Source: Nitrospirales bacterium
Lineage (GTDB): Bacteria > Nitrospirota > Nitrospiria > Nitrospirales > UBA8639
Direction of reading: 5' to 3'
DNA: 64,000 nucleotides
Assembly: GCA_965203295.1 (NCBI GenBank)
Contig: CBDBCZ010000017.1
Span: 96,001 to 160,000, forward strand
Below are positions 1-13,800 of the stretch, in pieces. The notes under the pieces were generated by a model. It did no database searches, was not told where the DNA came from, and was given only the letters and a program-made list of their open reading frames with translations. How positions within the stretch are numbered: the stretch's first letter is position 1; the number at the start of each line of letters is the position of its first letter. The translations under genes were made by a program, and so were the position numbers.

Positions 1-267
1 TATCCTGTACAACTTTCTATAGCCGGATCCCATAGGATTGCCGCCTCTCATATATTGCAAACTGAGATCTGAAGCGATACCCTCTATCTGTTCACTACAT
101 CCGGCAACATCTCATCTTCATACATGTATATATCGAAAACATACATGTACATGGGTAATGAGAGAGTACTTACAGTTGGAATTGGCTGGGTCCTACTGGT
201 AAGTGCTACTACGTAGCGGGTTTAGTGGCTATATACATGTAAAGCTTGCCTACTGCTCCTCTGCCAA

Positions 268-385
268 GGGGCTCCAGTAGCTCAGTTGGTAAGAGCATCT
301 GACTAGTATTCAGAAGGTCCTGGGTTTAATCCCCAGCTGGGTCCTGTTTCTTTCGGGATTTCTTTACTCTCTCAGAAAGCTATCA
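268..385 (+). mobile_element. tRNA-derived SINE (tRNA-Thr(AGT)-like head plus tail)
   Basis: A box TAGCTCAGTTGG, anticodon arm TCTGA-CTAGTAT-TCAGA, degenerate B box GGTTTAATCC, mismatched acceptor stem; the same tail follows a second truncated copy at 730-824. Confidence 0.7.
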
Positions 386-474
386 TCTCTTGAAGAGTTC
401 GCAATGTAATGTACGAGTAGCACAGTACATGTATCACAGTATACTTGTGCACGAGTTTACATTTCCCTTCTCAC

Positions 475-636
475 CTCAAAAGGCTTGAGAGCCTTAATGA
501 GCGCCCCCTTCTCCTCCCTGAGTGAGAACAGCAGGGAAGTGTCCGGTCCCCCGTCCACCCCAGTGGGGATGTAGGAGTCGCCGTTATCTAGTTTGGCCAT
601 CTTCTGTGGTGGAAGTTCTGGAGGTGCAGCGTCCAT
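475..636 (-). CDS. PAH: First coding exon of a canonical-looking phenylalanine hydroxylase-like gene; gene continues off the left edge
   Basis: MDAAPPELPPQKMAKLDNGDSYIPTGVDGGPDTSLLFSLREEKGALIKALKPFE aligns with the PAH N-terminus/ACT start (human [21 protein letters not shown]). Ends at a GTGAG donor (474), AG acceptor at 661-662. No further exon recognised in 1-474. Confidence 0.75.
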
Positions 637-729
637 TTTCAAACGCTCTGACTTAGAAAGCTGGCAGGAAATACATACATCGTACATTAATAAAATAACA
701 TATGCAATACATTAATATGCAATACATTA

Positions 730-824
730 AAGAGCATCTGACTAGTATTCGGAAGGTTCTGGGTTTAATCCCCAGCTGGGTCCCGTTTCTTTCGGGATTT
801 CTTTACTCTCTCAGAAAGCTATCA
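730..824 (+). mobile_element. 5'-truncated copy of the same tRNA-derived SINE
   Basis: Nearly identical to 291-385 (AAGAGCATCTGACTAGTATTC...CTCTCAGAAAGCTATCA). Confidence 0.7.
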
Positions 825-1802
825 GCAAAGACTATGAATTAGCAAAACATACCTACATACATATAGAGTACTGGGCCAGTCTTGTTCCCAGCCCACAATC
901 AAAGGTTAAATGTCGCTTAATGTAAGCATAGATAATACTATGATGTAAGCGATCTTTAGCTGACATTTCGGCATACTTACCAGTCTCGTTCCCAGCCCAC
1001 AAATCAAGGCTTAGGATCCCACCAAATACAGTAAGCGATTCTCAGCCTTGATTATGGACTGACAAAGAGACTTGGCTTTACCAGTTGTGATACGGCATCA
1101 GGCTACAGGCTAAAACTGCTTGCAGCCACACAGAATTTTCGCGTTAAAAAAGGGCAGTTTAGTGCATATATATATGCCAGAGAAATACATACATCACTTT
1201 ACAAAGACCTTTTGCGAGGAAATAGTAACCGCTAACCTTGTTACAGGTACAGTTTAGCCAACTTACAAGAGAGGAGAAACGTCCTGGAGAGCAGACAGTG
1301 ATCGATTGGGGGTGGAGCGATCATGTGATCGCAAGGTCAACATACGTCACTCCGTCTACCCCGCCCACTCTAGGTACCGGAAGCCGTACCAGAGATACTG
1401 TACGTCACGTTATGGACTTCCGTTCCACTGCAAGGACACACTGTCTGACATAATCTATTCACACAGCACAACTCAGTATAATCATGACTCACAAAGGATT
1501 CTGCGGTAGCTATACAGACAGCTGCAACAGATCTTTTTAATAATACCATGCCAACTCTCCAATGCATACATGTACAATTCTTTATACTTATCCTCAAAAT
1601 TACATACAACTACAGAAACAAAAAAATACCTATTAGCAGTAGCTAACTAAGAGACTAGGAGCACTCAAACTAAAACAAACACTATCTAGCTAACACATAG
1701 CTACGTACACAGTAATGAACTATAGCCGCATACTCTCGGTATGATAGTTATATATATAGACATGCAAACTCATGTCTCTAATGGCAGGCCATAGTTGCAT
1801 AA

Positions 1803-4800
1803 TTAGTTAAAGACAGTTTGTCTCTTCAGTGCATCTTGCAGCACTCCCATCTCATAGTAGATGTCCCTTGCATACTCTTCTACTGCTCTACAGCTGTCCA
1901 GCACCTCAATGGATTGGGTGTAGGGGTCGTATTTCAGGCCAAAAGAGCGAGGAATACTCTTGGTAAACTCTCTGGAAATAAGGCAATATAATAGCAAATA
2001 GCTAGACCATACGTGTGGTAAACTCTCGGACTGGAAGTAAGGCAATACTATGAATGCTAATCAACATTTCAGTAGCTAGATTGTATGTGTGGTAAACTCT
2101 CTGGAAATAAGGTAATATTACAATGGCTAATCAACATCAGTAGCTAGATCTATACGTACGTCTAGCTATTTCAATAATTGCTAAAGCTAGCTAGCTTCAG
2201 CAAATTATGCTAACTCATTATTAAAATAGCTAAACGTCCCTATTGGTAGTAGCTAATTAAGCTTCTTAGGGTTTATAAAGCAATGCAAAACACTGTTCAT
2301 AGGCTCACTGACTACTCAGCTTGTTTTCTTTAGGAAAAAAAACACACTACATGTAGCTAGTTCGAAAAAGCTGGGGTGTGGAGCCTAGAAATGAGGATAG
2401 CTACACTTAGCTACTCTTACGTACATCATTCTATCCCTCATGTCAGTGAGACTCTGGGCTACGAAGAAGACAGGCTGTATGTCAACGTCAGGGTACGACT
2501 GAACCAGAGCCTGAGAGATGTCGAATTCTTTGCGCTCGACTTCATCTGAGAGACAGCGCTATACATGATGGAAAAGACAGGGGGGGCTGCAAGTAAAAAA
2601 ATCCTGGGACAGCTGGGTATACGAGAATAGTAGCAGTAATAAACTGATAGTCGACTATACATAGCTTATTTACAGCTGTATCATCGGAAGTATGCAATGT
2701 AGGTACTATCCATGTTGAACCGGGTTCTCTTTCTATCAACCCTACTCCATAGTCCTGTCGAATAATATATGTGCTGGTCGGAAATCAGCAACATACTTAG
2801 CTCAGAGAATAATATAATTTATATCTAGCTAAAATTTGCTTATGATACTATACAATGTGAAGTTTTGAACAAAACAATGGGCGACTTACGACTAATTCAC
2901 GATTGCTTGAGAGTAAACTTGCACCATAAACTTTGGGTTTTCCATCCTCTTGACAAAGGCCAAACTCCACTGTGAACCAGTACAACTGTATCAATATACC
3001 ACACATGTGGAAAGAATAATGGATTACAAACTGCACTAGCTATACATGAAGCAACATTAATCAAGGATTTATTGGGCATTATAATCATCTTTTATAATTA
3101 CCAAGTTAAACTTACTGCAGCCAACTTGTCAATCCACTCATCAGACAAACCCAAGGAGGCAAGGCCAATTTGCTGTGCAGGGTAAAAGTTACAAACTGTG
3201 AACTCAGCAGACCACATATTATTAATTATGTACAAACTTCCACACTTGAATATTAAGTTGAACAAACATGACATGCCAGATCTTCTGTTACTGTGCTCAC
3301 TTTCTGATTCCTTCACCTCAGCCACTACTCACATACTTTATTCCTAAATATTTATTATGTAGGTGTATATATAACAGTTCTCGGCAAGCTACATATGCAA
3401 AACTTCAACATATGAGTCACTGCATCTATGGGTCTATTTGTCAGTACAATAATCATAAGTCCAGCCTTACTTATACCCAGGCATTCCAACACAGATACCA
3501 ACCTCATGATTTTATAAGCTCACTGTATATACAGTCAACTCTCCAAATAGCAGACACTTTGGTATGACAGGTACGTACAACAGTATTGAATTAGTCATGT
3601 GAGACGTATATAACAGTAAAAAAGGAACTATCACATTGACAAGGGGTTTGCTGTCTGAGTTGCAGAGGGAGTTCAAGAATGAAAACACAGCTGTGATGTG
3701 TCAGTAATGGTAATGTGTTTGCACGTTCTCGACTAAATGCGGAAAACAATCTATAATCAGTATCCATGCATGTAATGTGTTTACAGATTGGAAGCTTAAA
3801 CAAAAACTCTCTAGTTAATATTTGACGTGTGCATATACTGTACTTACCTGGGAGAATTGTGCTAGTGTGGGATCACAAAACATTGGGACATGGCCCATCA
3901 CCTCGTGGCAAATGTCACTACGGGAAAATAGTGCAAAGTACATATTAGCTGAGTACACATGTTCAGTAAGACATGTATAATTTTATTTGAAAATGAAAAC
4001 ACAGACTCTGAGGCCAACAAAAATACAGTGTCCAAAGAGTACGTAATACGTACATAGTCCTGTTCAGTGAGACTATTTTATTTGAAAATGCAAACTCAGA
4101 CTCTGAGGCCAATTATTTAACAACTATACTACTGAATGCCTTAAAGTGTCCAGAAAGTACATATTATGTCCATTGTTGCTTTCACTAAGACAATTTTATT
4201 CAGAAATACAAACACAGACCCTGAGGCAAACGACGATACTACTGAATGCCAATTGGTTTGAACTCTTTGAACGCCATGGGCACATTTATGTGCCCATATA
4301 AAATAGAAAAAACATGTACTTTATATTAACGCCTAATATAAAAAGGCCAATATAAATTCACATAAGCCTTATGGGTCTATTAAAACTTGGCTGGGAAAGA
4401 GTTAAAGTGTCTATCCCCTGATGATCAGAATTCCTCAGTGCCGAGGTCAGATTTGAGAGTCCACCTATACTGTAATGTCTATGGTTGTAATCGGTGTTGT
4501 TTTAATATGGGCTCACATAATATAGTTTAGTAAAAAATAGTAAAAAGAACAAAACTTTAGTTTCAGTTCTAGTTGGCCAATTTAAATGAATGAACGGGTT
4601 AATAAAACACTTTTTAGTATTAGTTTAACCATCAACTAAATGGGCTGTAGATTATTCCCAACCTTGAAGGTCTAGTTTTAGTTAGTTAACTAAATCTGTT
4701 TCTGCCCCTACGAAAACACTATTTTTGTTAATGAAACACTACTTTGTTAACTAAAACAACTCTAACGAAGGGCTGACTCACGGTTCAGGGGTGAAGAAAG

Positions 4801-7800
4801 GGCTAGAAGAATGCCTGATATATTGAGACGTGGGAAACACACGAAAAGCCAAACACGCTAGAAAATCTCTAGGAGAAATCCATCCCACCACTGGCCACAG
4901 CTGCCAGCCTGTGCGACTCCGCAAGTATCTTGAGATGTCCTCCAACTGGGGAATATTGTCCTCCCTGTAAAAATGCCAAACATAATATTATGTTCACATT
5001 TAAACAATAGACTACTTCTGAATATAGTTACAGGATAAGCGGTGTTAAAAATGGAATGAAAATATCCTCTGTGCATTGCAAAGGAGCATTGTGCATAGTC
5101 ATAAACTTTGTGTGCAGAGGGGCATACACCCAGGTGCATGCATAGATGCAACATAATATAATTATTGCTGTGTAATACGCAATGCTCACTTGTAGTTGCA
5201 TGCCTCAAAGAGTTTGGGGAACTGTTCCCTGTACTCTTTGCATGCTTTGGTTGGGTAGAGTGCTGTCTGGGCCCTGAAAACCACTCCCCTGCAAAAAACA
5301 ATCAATCATTCGTAGATATACTATCTCTCGCTTGAGTAATAATTCATACTGAGACCCTGTTTTGAATTTCTATGTATCCTTTAGATTCAGCCAAGCTAGA
5401 TCTCAAACTGATATGGTGATTGGTGGAGGTGTGTGGCAAAATTTGCTACACCATAGTTTATAGCTATGCCAGGGAAACAGAATTCAAACTTCGGCTAAAA
5501 GAAATTAATTATTCTACAAACATAGCTAATCTATTGTAATGAATAATCCCAGTATACCAGGTATTTTAGGCCAGCGTGAACTACTAACCACGTTTTTATT
5601 TCGTCTTCGGTGTACTGCACTCTTGGAATGGGATTTCCACTGTAGTGATCGAAAGAGTAAACCATTGTTGATGTGGCGTACGTAGCTACGTGCATTATGT
5701 CTATATATATATACATCTCCACACATATAGGAACGGCCTTAATTCTTAGCAAAATCATAATATTGTTGAACCACTATTGCAGTGGAACCTGTGATAATAG
5801 ACTCACTTATACCAGGAGCGTATCGAGCCGGTGAAGGCTCAATGCACTCCTGCAGGTATCTACATTACTTAATTTACAAAAGTCCATGTGGTCCCAAATA
5901 ATAAGTTCCATGCATGCCTAGCGCTACTTGATTCACAAGTTGTGGTATAGAACACAGGGTGAAAGCTTGCATGGGAGAGATGATAGAGTATGTATTGCGT
6001 ACTATTTATGGTTGTAAGCCAGATCTGCAATGAACTTCCTTCTCTCTTCGTACACTTTGTCACCATAACCCTGGGAAAGGGATTATATCTATGTTAAAAA
6101 TCAGATTCTGTCCTCAAACCGTACACACAAAGCTAGTATAATCTCACGCCTAGTTTTGTACGAATAGAGCCTGATACATATATAGTACGTTTGGACATGC
6201 TCAGGAATTTAGAGACTAGCTATATATATATAGCAGATACTACATTAATGTATGTGCTGTAATTTTGTTCATCAGTTAAACACTTTCATCCTGTTCGGTT
6301 CTAGAGTGTAAGATCTGGGATTAAAACAAACGTAAATTTTGAATTTGTGACCTTCTCAGGGAAAGCTGACTATCTGTAGCAGCCACACGATTATACCACC
6401 TTGAGGTTGATCGCTGTTAAATTTAGATAGGTATCCAAAGACAACTACAGGTAGTTTTACAACATAGCAAAGGCCAATTAGGCAAACAGATGCACATGCA
6501 CAAGCTGACATTATTTATACCATCTGAGGTTAGCCAGCTGTCAAATTTAGATAGGTATTCATAGGTAACCACAGGTAGTTTTACAAAACATAACAAAGGC
6601 CAATTAGGCAAACAGATGCACATGCACAAGCATTATTTATTACTCGTAGCGGAGCGGCCGAAGGCCGCGGAGCGGAGAGTACTATTTTGGGTTTGTAATG
6701 TAATGTAATGTAATGTAATGTAATGTCACAATAGGTCACGTAGTGGTTACTAGTTTGGGTATAAAGTACTCTCTTATGGCAGCTCTTTGGAGACGGTGTA
6801 GTTGGTTGCAACGGGTAGTTTCTTGGCTGGAGAACTGGTAGTTGCAGGTTCGAATCTGGGTAAGGATGTTTTTTTTTGTTTCTTGTTTTCTGTTGTGTTT
6901 TGTTGCTATGATCTGTTCTATTGCATATTTTGCAGTATGTAATAATAGTTAGTACATTCTGGAGTATTTCACAGCATAAGGAGTGATGACTTGGTTGTGA
7001 GATAATCAGCCATGCCTTTGGGAATAGTGGGTACTTATTGGGCTCTACTGACCACCTCAGGTAAAATTGTAGACCTATGTTAGTGGTTAGGGGATAGATA
7101 GTAGTGTAGCTTACTTTTTTCAGACATGATTTTTTTCTGTTGTGTTTTGTTGTCATGATCTGTTGTATTGTGTATTTGGTAGTATGCATTGAATTAACGA
7201 GAAGAATGATAATGTCTACATATATTATGCTACAATGAACACGTGTCCACAGTCCACATACACCTGGCCCCTGTCGTATTCTAATTGTGACTGTATTAAA
7301 GAACGGCAGACTATAACCACTTTTGCCACTGTTACATACACACCTATATATTTTTTTCCAATTCCAATCTTACTGTCATTAACCCTGTAAATTGCAAGAT
7401 CGCCCAATTTGACTGCTCAGATAGACAACAAACAGACACAGCCAATCACTTCACCCGCCACATAGGCACAGTGTAAATGCTATCAATGGAACAGGCACAG
7501 AGGTGCCCTACCCCCCCCCCCCCCCCCCCCCCCCCCCCCAGTAAATACTTATATACACTAAGAGACCCTTCCTACTATACATCTATACCTATTAACACAC
7601 GGGCGCTCCGCTGCGAGTTTTTAGATCTCTCAGATCATTTTCAACCACCAAACAACCAACTAGGTACTAAATCTACACATACAGCTACCTTGACCACCAT
7701 GCATCCAACCCACCATCCCAACCTCCTCACTGAGTCATACCAACCAGGGATTAATCAGCACTCACTGCAATACCCCCCCCCCCCCCCATCCCACACACAC

Positions 7801-10800
7801 ACACAAACAGACATATTCAAACAGCAGGGGGGTGAGGGGGGGCGCAGCCCCCCCTCCTTTAAAAAAAAAAAATAATAATAAATTTATTAAAAAAATTTAA
7901 TAAAAAATATATAAAAATTACTAAAAAGTTACAAACAAGGATAACAGTCACACTTGACCACACACCAGATCGGCCGAAGGACCAGACTCCCCATTTCAGC
8001 ACATGCTCACACCCGAGCAACGCGAGGGTGTGAGTATACGTGCTGATATGGGGAGTCTGGTCCTTCGGCCGATCTGGTGTGTGGTCAAGTGTGACTGTTA
8101 TCCTTGTTTGTAACTTTTTAGTACCATCTGAGGTTAGCCAGCTGTCAAATTTAGATAGGTATCCATAGGCAACTACAGGTAGTTTTACAACATAACAAAG
8201 GCCAATTAGGCAAACAGATGCACATGCACAAGCATTATTTATACCATCTGAGGTTAGCCAGCTGTCAAATTTAGATAGGTATCCATAGGCAACTACAGGT
8301 AGTTTTACAACATAACAAAGGTCAATTAGGAAAACAGATGCACATGCACAAGCTGACATGTATTTATACTATCTGAGGTTAGCCAGCTGTCAAATTTAGA
8401 TAGGTATTCATAGGCAACCACAGGTAGTTTTACAACATAACAAAGGCCAACTAGAAGTCTCTAGCAGAGACATACCCCGCGGTGCATAATTCACAACTTG
8501 GAGCTGGCAGGACTGCAGACTGGGCTGATCGAGTAGTTGGCAGAGTGTACATGTATATCACTGGCTAGCTGTGTATCCGCACGCAGAGTGTACAGCGCTC
8601 GTGTACGCGTATTATATCTGTATATCCTATGGGAAGTGGTGGGCGTGACTGATTGCCAATATGAACACGTGACCAGAGTCCGTATATGCCCGGCCTCTAT
8701 CGTATTCTAGTTGTGACCGTATTAAAATGGCAGAATGCACCGTTGTTAAATAAGAAAGAGCTGTAGATACAGCGAATGGAACCGCTTTGGCGACTATCAG
8801 GTACACACCCGGCCATTTTTTTTTTATTTCAATGTTACTGTCGTGTTTAGCAATCGTTTAACCCTGTAAATCGCGAGATAGCCCGATTTTTGAGTGGACA
8901 GACAACAGATGGACAGACGGACGGACGGACGGACAGACAGACAGAACCAATCGCTTAACCCCGCCGCATACGCGCGGGGTAATTAGGCAAACAAATGCAC
9001 ATGCACAAGCCAACATGCATTTGTTTATAGTAACAACACTGGCACAGACAAGACATGCTGTTTTCTAGTACAAGCCATATAAGCACAATGTTTTCTTATA
9101 CAGGCTGTAGTATATACAGGACTTTCCATAATGATTCCGTCAAGCTCTGACATTCAAAGTTCCTGTGTTGAATAGCTTGGGTCTAGAGTAGGGTAATGTA
9201 AGTTGTCGCACCATCAGATCTTGTAGAAGATTGGTCCTGATTGCAATTGGAGAAATTAACAGACATACACACCACCCAGCAATTACGCTTGTATACCATA
9301 GTTGTAGTGTGACAGATTAGGATCTTTGATGTGTTTAGTTTGCTAATAGACGGAATGGACACCCCCTTTTATACCTGTGTGTGTGTTAATAGGTGCTAGT
9401 GTTAGGTATTTTGTTTGTCTCTGTTGTAGTAGGTGTGATTTCCGTTGCTAGGTCCTTTTGTATTTAAGTGTGTGGTATTGTACAGTGTTTGTCTTCAGTC
9501 CTCCATCAGTATCTGGTTTTGGTGTTGAAAGTAGAGAGCGCGGTCCGCTACATGTAGGCACCGCTATAGTGTTCATGTATTAGGTGGTGAGGGCATACAC
9601 GTATACTTGAGGGTTGCTGGGCAACTGTGGTCTGTGAAACAATTAGTAGGTACTATATGTATTAGTTAATTTAAACGGTCACTTTGGGTGAGGGGAGATT
9701 AAAGTCCAAGGTGAAGCTGAGTATTACATACGACTGTGTGAGAGTACAAATCCCATACACCTTGGAACGTATGGTGCAAATATAACAACTAGTACAACAG
9801 CCCCAGATGGTTGGCTTTTGCCGACTCAGATGGTCACAATTGTGACAGTTTAAATAAGCTACAACTCACTGCATGATCAGAAGTCAGCTCATGGCCAAAC
9901 TTGTGCAGGTTGGTGCAGCATTTGTAAAGCTCAGCAATGGTTCTAGGAAACCAGGGTACCTCTGACTCTTTCTTTCCATCTTTGGAACTTAGGCTTTCAG
10001 GTCCACTTATGGGGCTGGAAGGAATTGTAACGCCACTAGAAATTTCCTTCAGCTGCGTGATGAGTTGATCTAATGTCTGTTGTTGCTGCTCTGAAGAGAC
10101 TTGCGGAAAACCACAGTCCAGGAAATAATCACGCTTTGCAGCTGGATCACTCCGAGATTGACGAGACTCAATGTGCTTCAGAGAGACGCCTAGTTCCTAT
10201 ATAGTGATAATAGTTCAAAAAATTAATGGTAACTAGCCAAATTCTATATTAATATATAATTCATGACTGTAACAGAGATTTCCTAGGAAGCCTTGTAGGA
10301 GAGGGAGGAGCCCTTTAGTCTAGAAATGCATCTACAGACCTCCATGAAATAGCTAGTAAATAGGGGCAGTTATTCATTGACAAATCAGGCCCTGCAACCA
10401 AAATTCAAATCAAGCTCGTTAAGGTGTTAGAAACAACAAATTCAAATCAAGCTACCAGACCGTTAAAGCAAGGGGGAGGAGTGACAGTCTGGGCATGCAA
10501 GATCCTAATGTAGCATGCAAGATCCTCTTACAAATGAAGACTAATCAGTGCAACTGTTTAACAGCTGTTACAATGCAGGTTACCTAGTCAACGAGGATGT
10601 GAATAAGTATAGTTGGCATGTACTGTGTACATTGCAGTTCCCTTTGAACAGCAGCTGCACACTGTTTAATTGGAGTTCTGTTATGATAATACACATAACA
10701 TGCGAGATCATTTTACAAACCACTGATCATTGCAAACCTCAGTAACAGCAGTTACCAGGCAACCTAATGTTACTGAATGAATGACTAAGTACAGATGGCA

Positions 10801-13800
10801 TCTGCACATGCTATTTAATTGGCCTTATACATGTAACATGCAAGATCAGGTTACAAAACTAAAGATCAGTACAAACCTCAGTAACAGCAGTTACTAGGTA
10901 GGTAACATACTGTTACTGAATGAATGACTAAGTACGGATGGTATGCACTGTGAATTGCAGTTCCCTTTGAGCAACAGCTGCAATGACATTTGATGAGGCC
11001 AGCGTGTAAGAGCCCCATATTAGCGACTTGGCTCTTCACTCGATTCTTTTTGTCTTGCTGGGTACATATGTCATACCAAAACAATACACGATATACTTGC
11101 AGCCTTGCATGCTATAAATTTCTTGAACCACGTGTGTGTAATACATGCATGCGAGGCTTCAGTGACAGCAGAACAACAGGATAATAAGGTTTGTTACAAG
11201 ACCAGCAAGACTCAGACCCATTTGATTAACGATTGTTTCAGCTAATAGCTAGACACACATATTATGTCATTTATTTCCTGGAGTTGTAAACGTCTTGTGA
11301 TAGATTGAAATTCAGCTTATGGACTTGCGTTATATTAGATTCATTATAAATTGTTGTTCGCATACACGTTCAGGATCATTCGGCTATTTTTGTGTGCATG
11401 TGTGTGTTCCCATTTACGCTACCTGATGTACTAAAGCCAGTTAATTGCACGTTCAAGAATGCGCATAAGACTTAATTAAATTAGTGAATGTGGAGTAGTA
11501 CTATTACTGTATGAGATCGCTATACGGCTATAGAGACGAATGGTGACCGCCCCAAGCTTGCGAACGCATCTTCTCCCAGCAGAAAAGGTTGCAGTATACT
11601 ACTCTGATCAACGGTCGGATGATCGTATCCCAACTTCTGAATGCCAAATAGCACTGCCGATTTCACCCCATCCACAGGAATCTCTCGCTATAGATGCTTC
11701 ACCAACGCTTTCGAAGCCATCCTTCCACCACATGCACAATGCGTGTCCTGGGCTGAAAATTTTGCATGCGTACTAATGCCATTCTGCAATCTGATTGGTC
11801 ACGAGTTAATTAATAAGTAGGCGTGGCCTACAGTCAAAGGCTGATATGTTAATTATGCCCAGATGCTGAAACGTCTAGCTAACGAACTAGTCCCGCGGGC
11901 GGGCCAGACGATAATTTCTGGCCCGCGAGACTACTAGCGAACGTGAACGTGAACGAAGAAGATCGCGAACGTACGAGAAGGTTCACCCGCCGCGGGCACA
12001 GTGGGCATGGGCGGGTACCGCCGCGGGGTGGGTACCTTTAGGGGCGCGCGCATACTGTACACAGCGAATACGCAAATGCAGGGTGTGTAGTTGTGTAGTA
12101 CATGGGGATTTCCCACCAGTTGCATGAGCTTCATGATCTGGATAAAGATTCGCCAAAGAGTGACGTGTACTCTTATGGAGTTGTAAGTTAGCTGTACATA
12201 GTAGGCTACAATTTACTGCATGTAACAATGTATTATTTCTTTGTAGGTAGTTCTGGAAACCTATATATACATGGTATATGAAGGCCTTCAGTGCTAAATG
12301 GGAGGGCCAGAAACTGATTAGCATTAGGAGAAATCTCTTTAATGCTGCCATATCTTATTCCCCCCTCTCCTCTCTCTCTTGTGTAGACTATAAGCATGTG
12401 ATGGATGATAAGTTGAAGGACATGAGTTACAGACGATTGCAGACTGCACTGCTGGGGAGCTTGCTCCATATCTACGAAACCTGTTAAGATTGTCACTGAA
12501 ACACTCAGAAAGCATATCAAAAGGCCTGCCACTGACCAAGTAAGATATTATATTTTAGAATTCAGCTAACTGTAGTCCTGCAATGCGATTGGTTAAGAGC
12601 GTGGGTCATAAATCACTTATTACCCACGCTACTGTGGATTATAAGTGCCTGTAGTAGGTGTTGTCATGAATATGCGTCTATGGTAACGTGCCTGAAGCTG
12701 TATTCTAAATAACTTAGACGGCGAGTGCGCGGGATCTATGGGATTTAGAAGCCCTCGGGGCCCTTAGTAGCGTCTTCGCTTCGCTCGGACGCTACAGCCT
12801 CGGGCCCCTCGTGGCTTTAAATCCCATAGATCCCTTGCACTCGCCGTCTAACTATTATATATTACTTCTATGATCACGCGATTTGCAATCACCATGCATT
12901 ATGTATCTCGAATTATATAGGTTATGTCCTACGAACTTTTGTTGACAAGGCATCCACGGATCAAGACTGTACTCTCTATAAAACAACAGTCTTATGCATA
13001 TATACTCCTTTAGCTTGCTATAATAATACATGTTCAGCCAAACAGAGGTTGTACATGTATGCTGCTTATCTCACCAGTTTTAAAAATACCACGTTAGCTT
13101 ACCATAATTATTATAGTATATTACCTGTATATCTATGTATATAGATGCTGACATATATGTCTGCATGCACGGTTAGCCCTTGAATGCAGGACTTATTCTT
13201 GGCTTGCTGACTTATAATTATATCAGCTATACATTAAGGTTTAGCTGGGCCTTCAGAATAGATCAATCCCAGGTAATTAAATGAGCCCAACCCTTTCCCA
13301 GAGAATAAAGCGCCTTCCGTACGTAGCTGCCGCAGCGGTACCTGCTCATACCCGCTGTGCCCGCGGTGGGTGAACCTTCTCGGCCACCGTACGAACGCGA
13401 ACATGTATACGTACGCGAACATGAACATAAACATAAACATGACAACAGGGCTGTAGCCACTGGTCCGGTTGGTCCGGTTTTCACCGGACCACTTTCCGGA
13501 GCACCAATGTTGTCGCGTGACGCGCCAGGTGTTCAATTATCAGTAGTCTATCAAGCGCTAGCAGTAGTATTCACAGTTCAACAGATATTAGCTGATATTG
13601 TAGCAAACAGCTATTGCAGCAACTTAGCACGTACTTAGCTTTTCATAGTTTTTCCACAGAGCCATTTCCGGGAGGGAGGGTCTCGCTCGATAGATTAAAA
13701 TTGCGCATGCGACCGACGATGTCGTGGAGAAGTCCCTTTTACTTTCCGCGCATCATTTTCGGCCCCTCTCAAGCGCTGTGAGATAACTAGCGAGCACTAA

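Noticed and set aside
268..345. Functional tRNA-Thr gene
   Set aside because: Mismatched acceptor stem, degenerate T-loop, and a shared non-tRNA tail with a second truncated copy indicate a SINE.
6581..7875. 202-aa and proline-rich 132-aa ORFs
   Set aside because: Lie in a composite repeat insertion with microsatellite and poly-C runs; absent from copy B.
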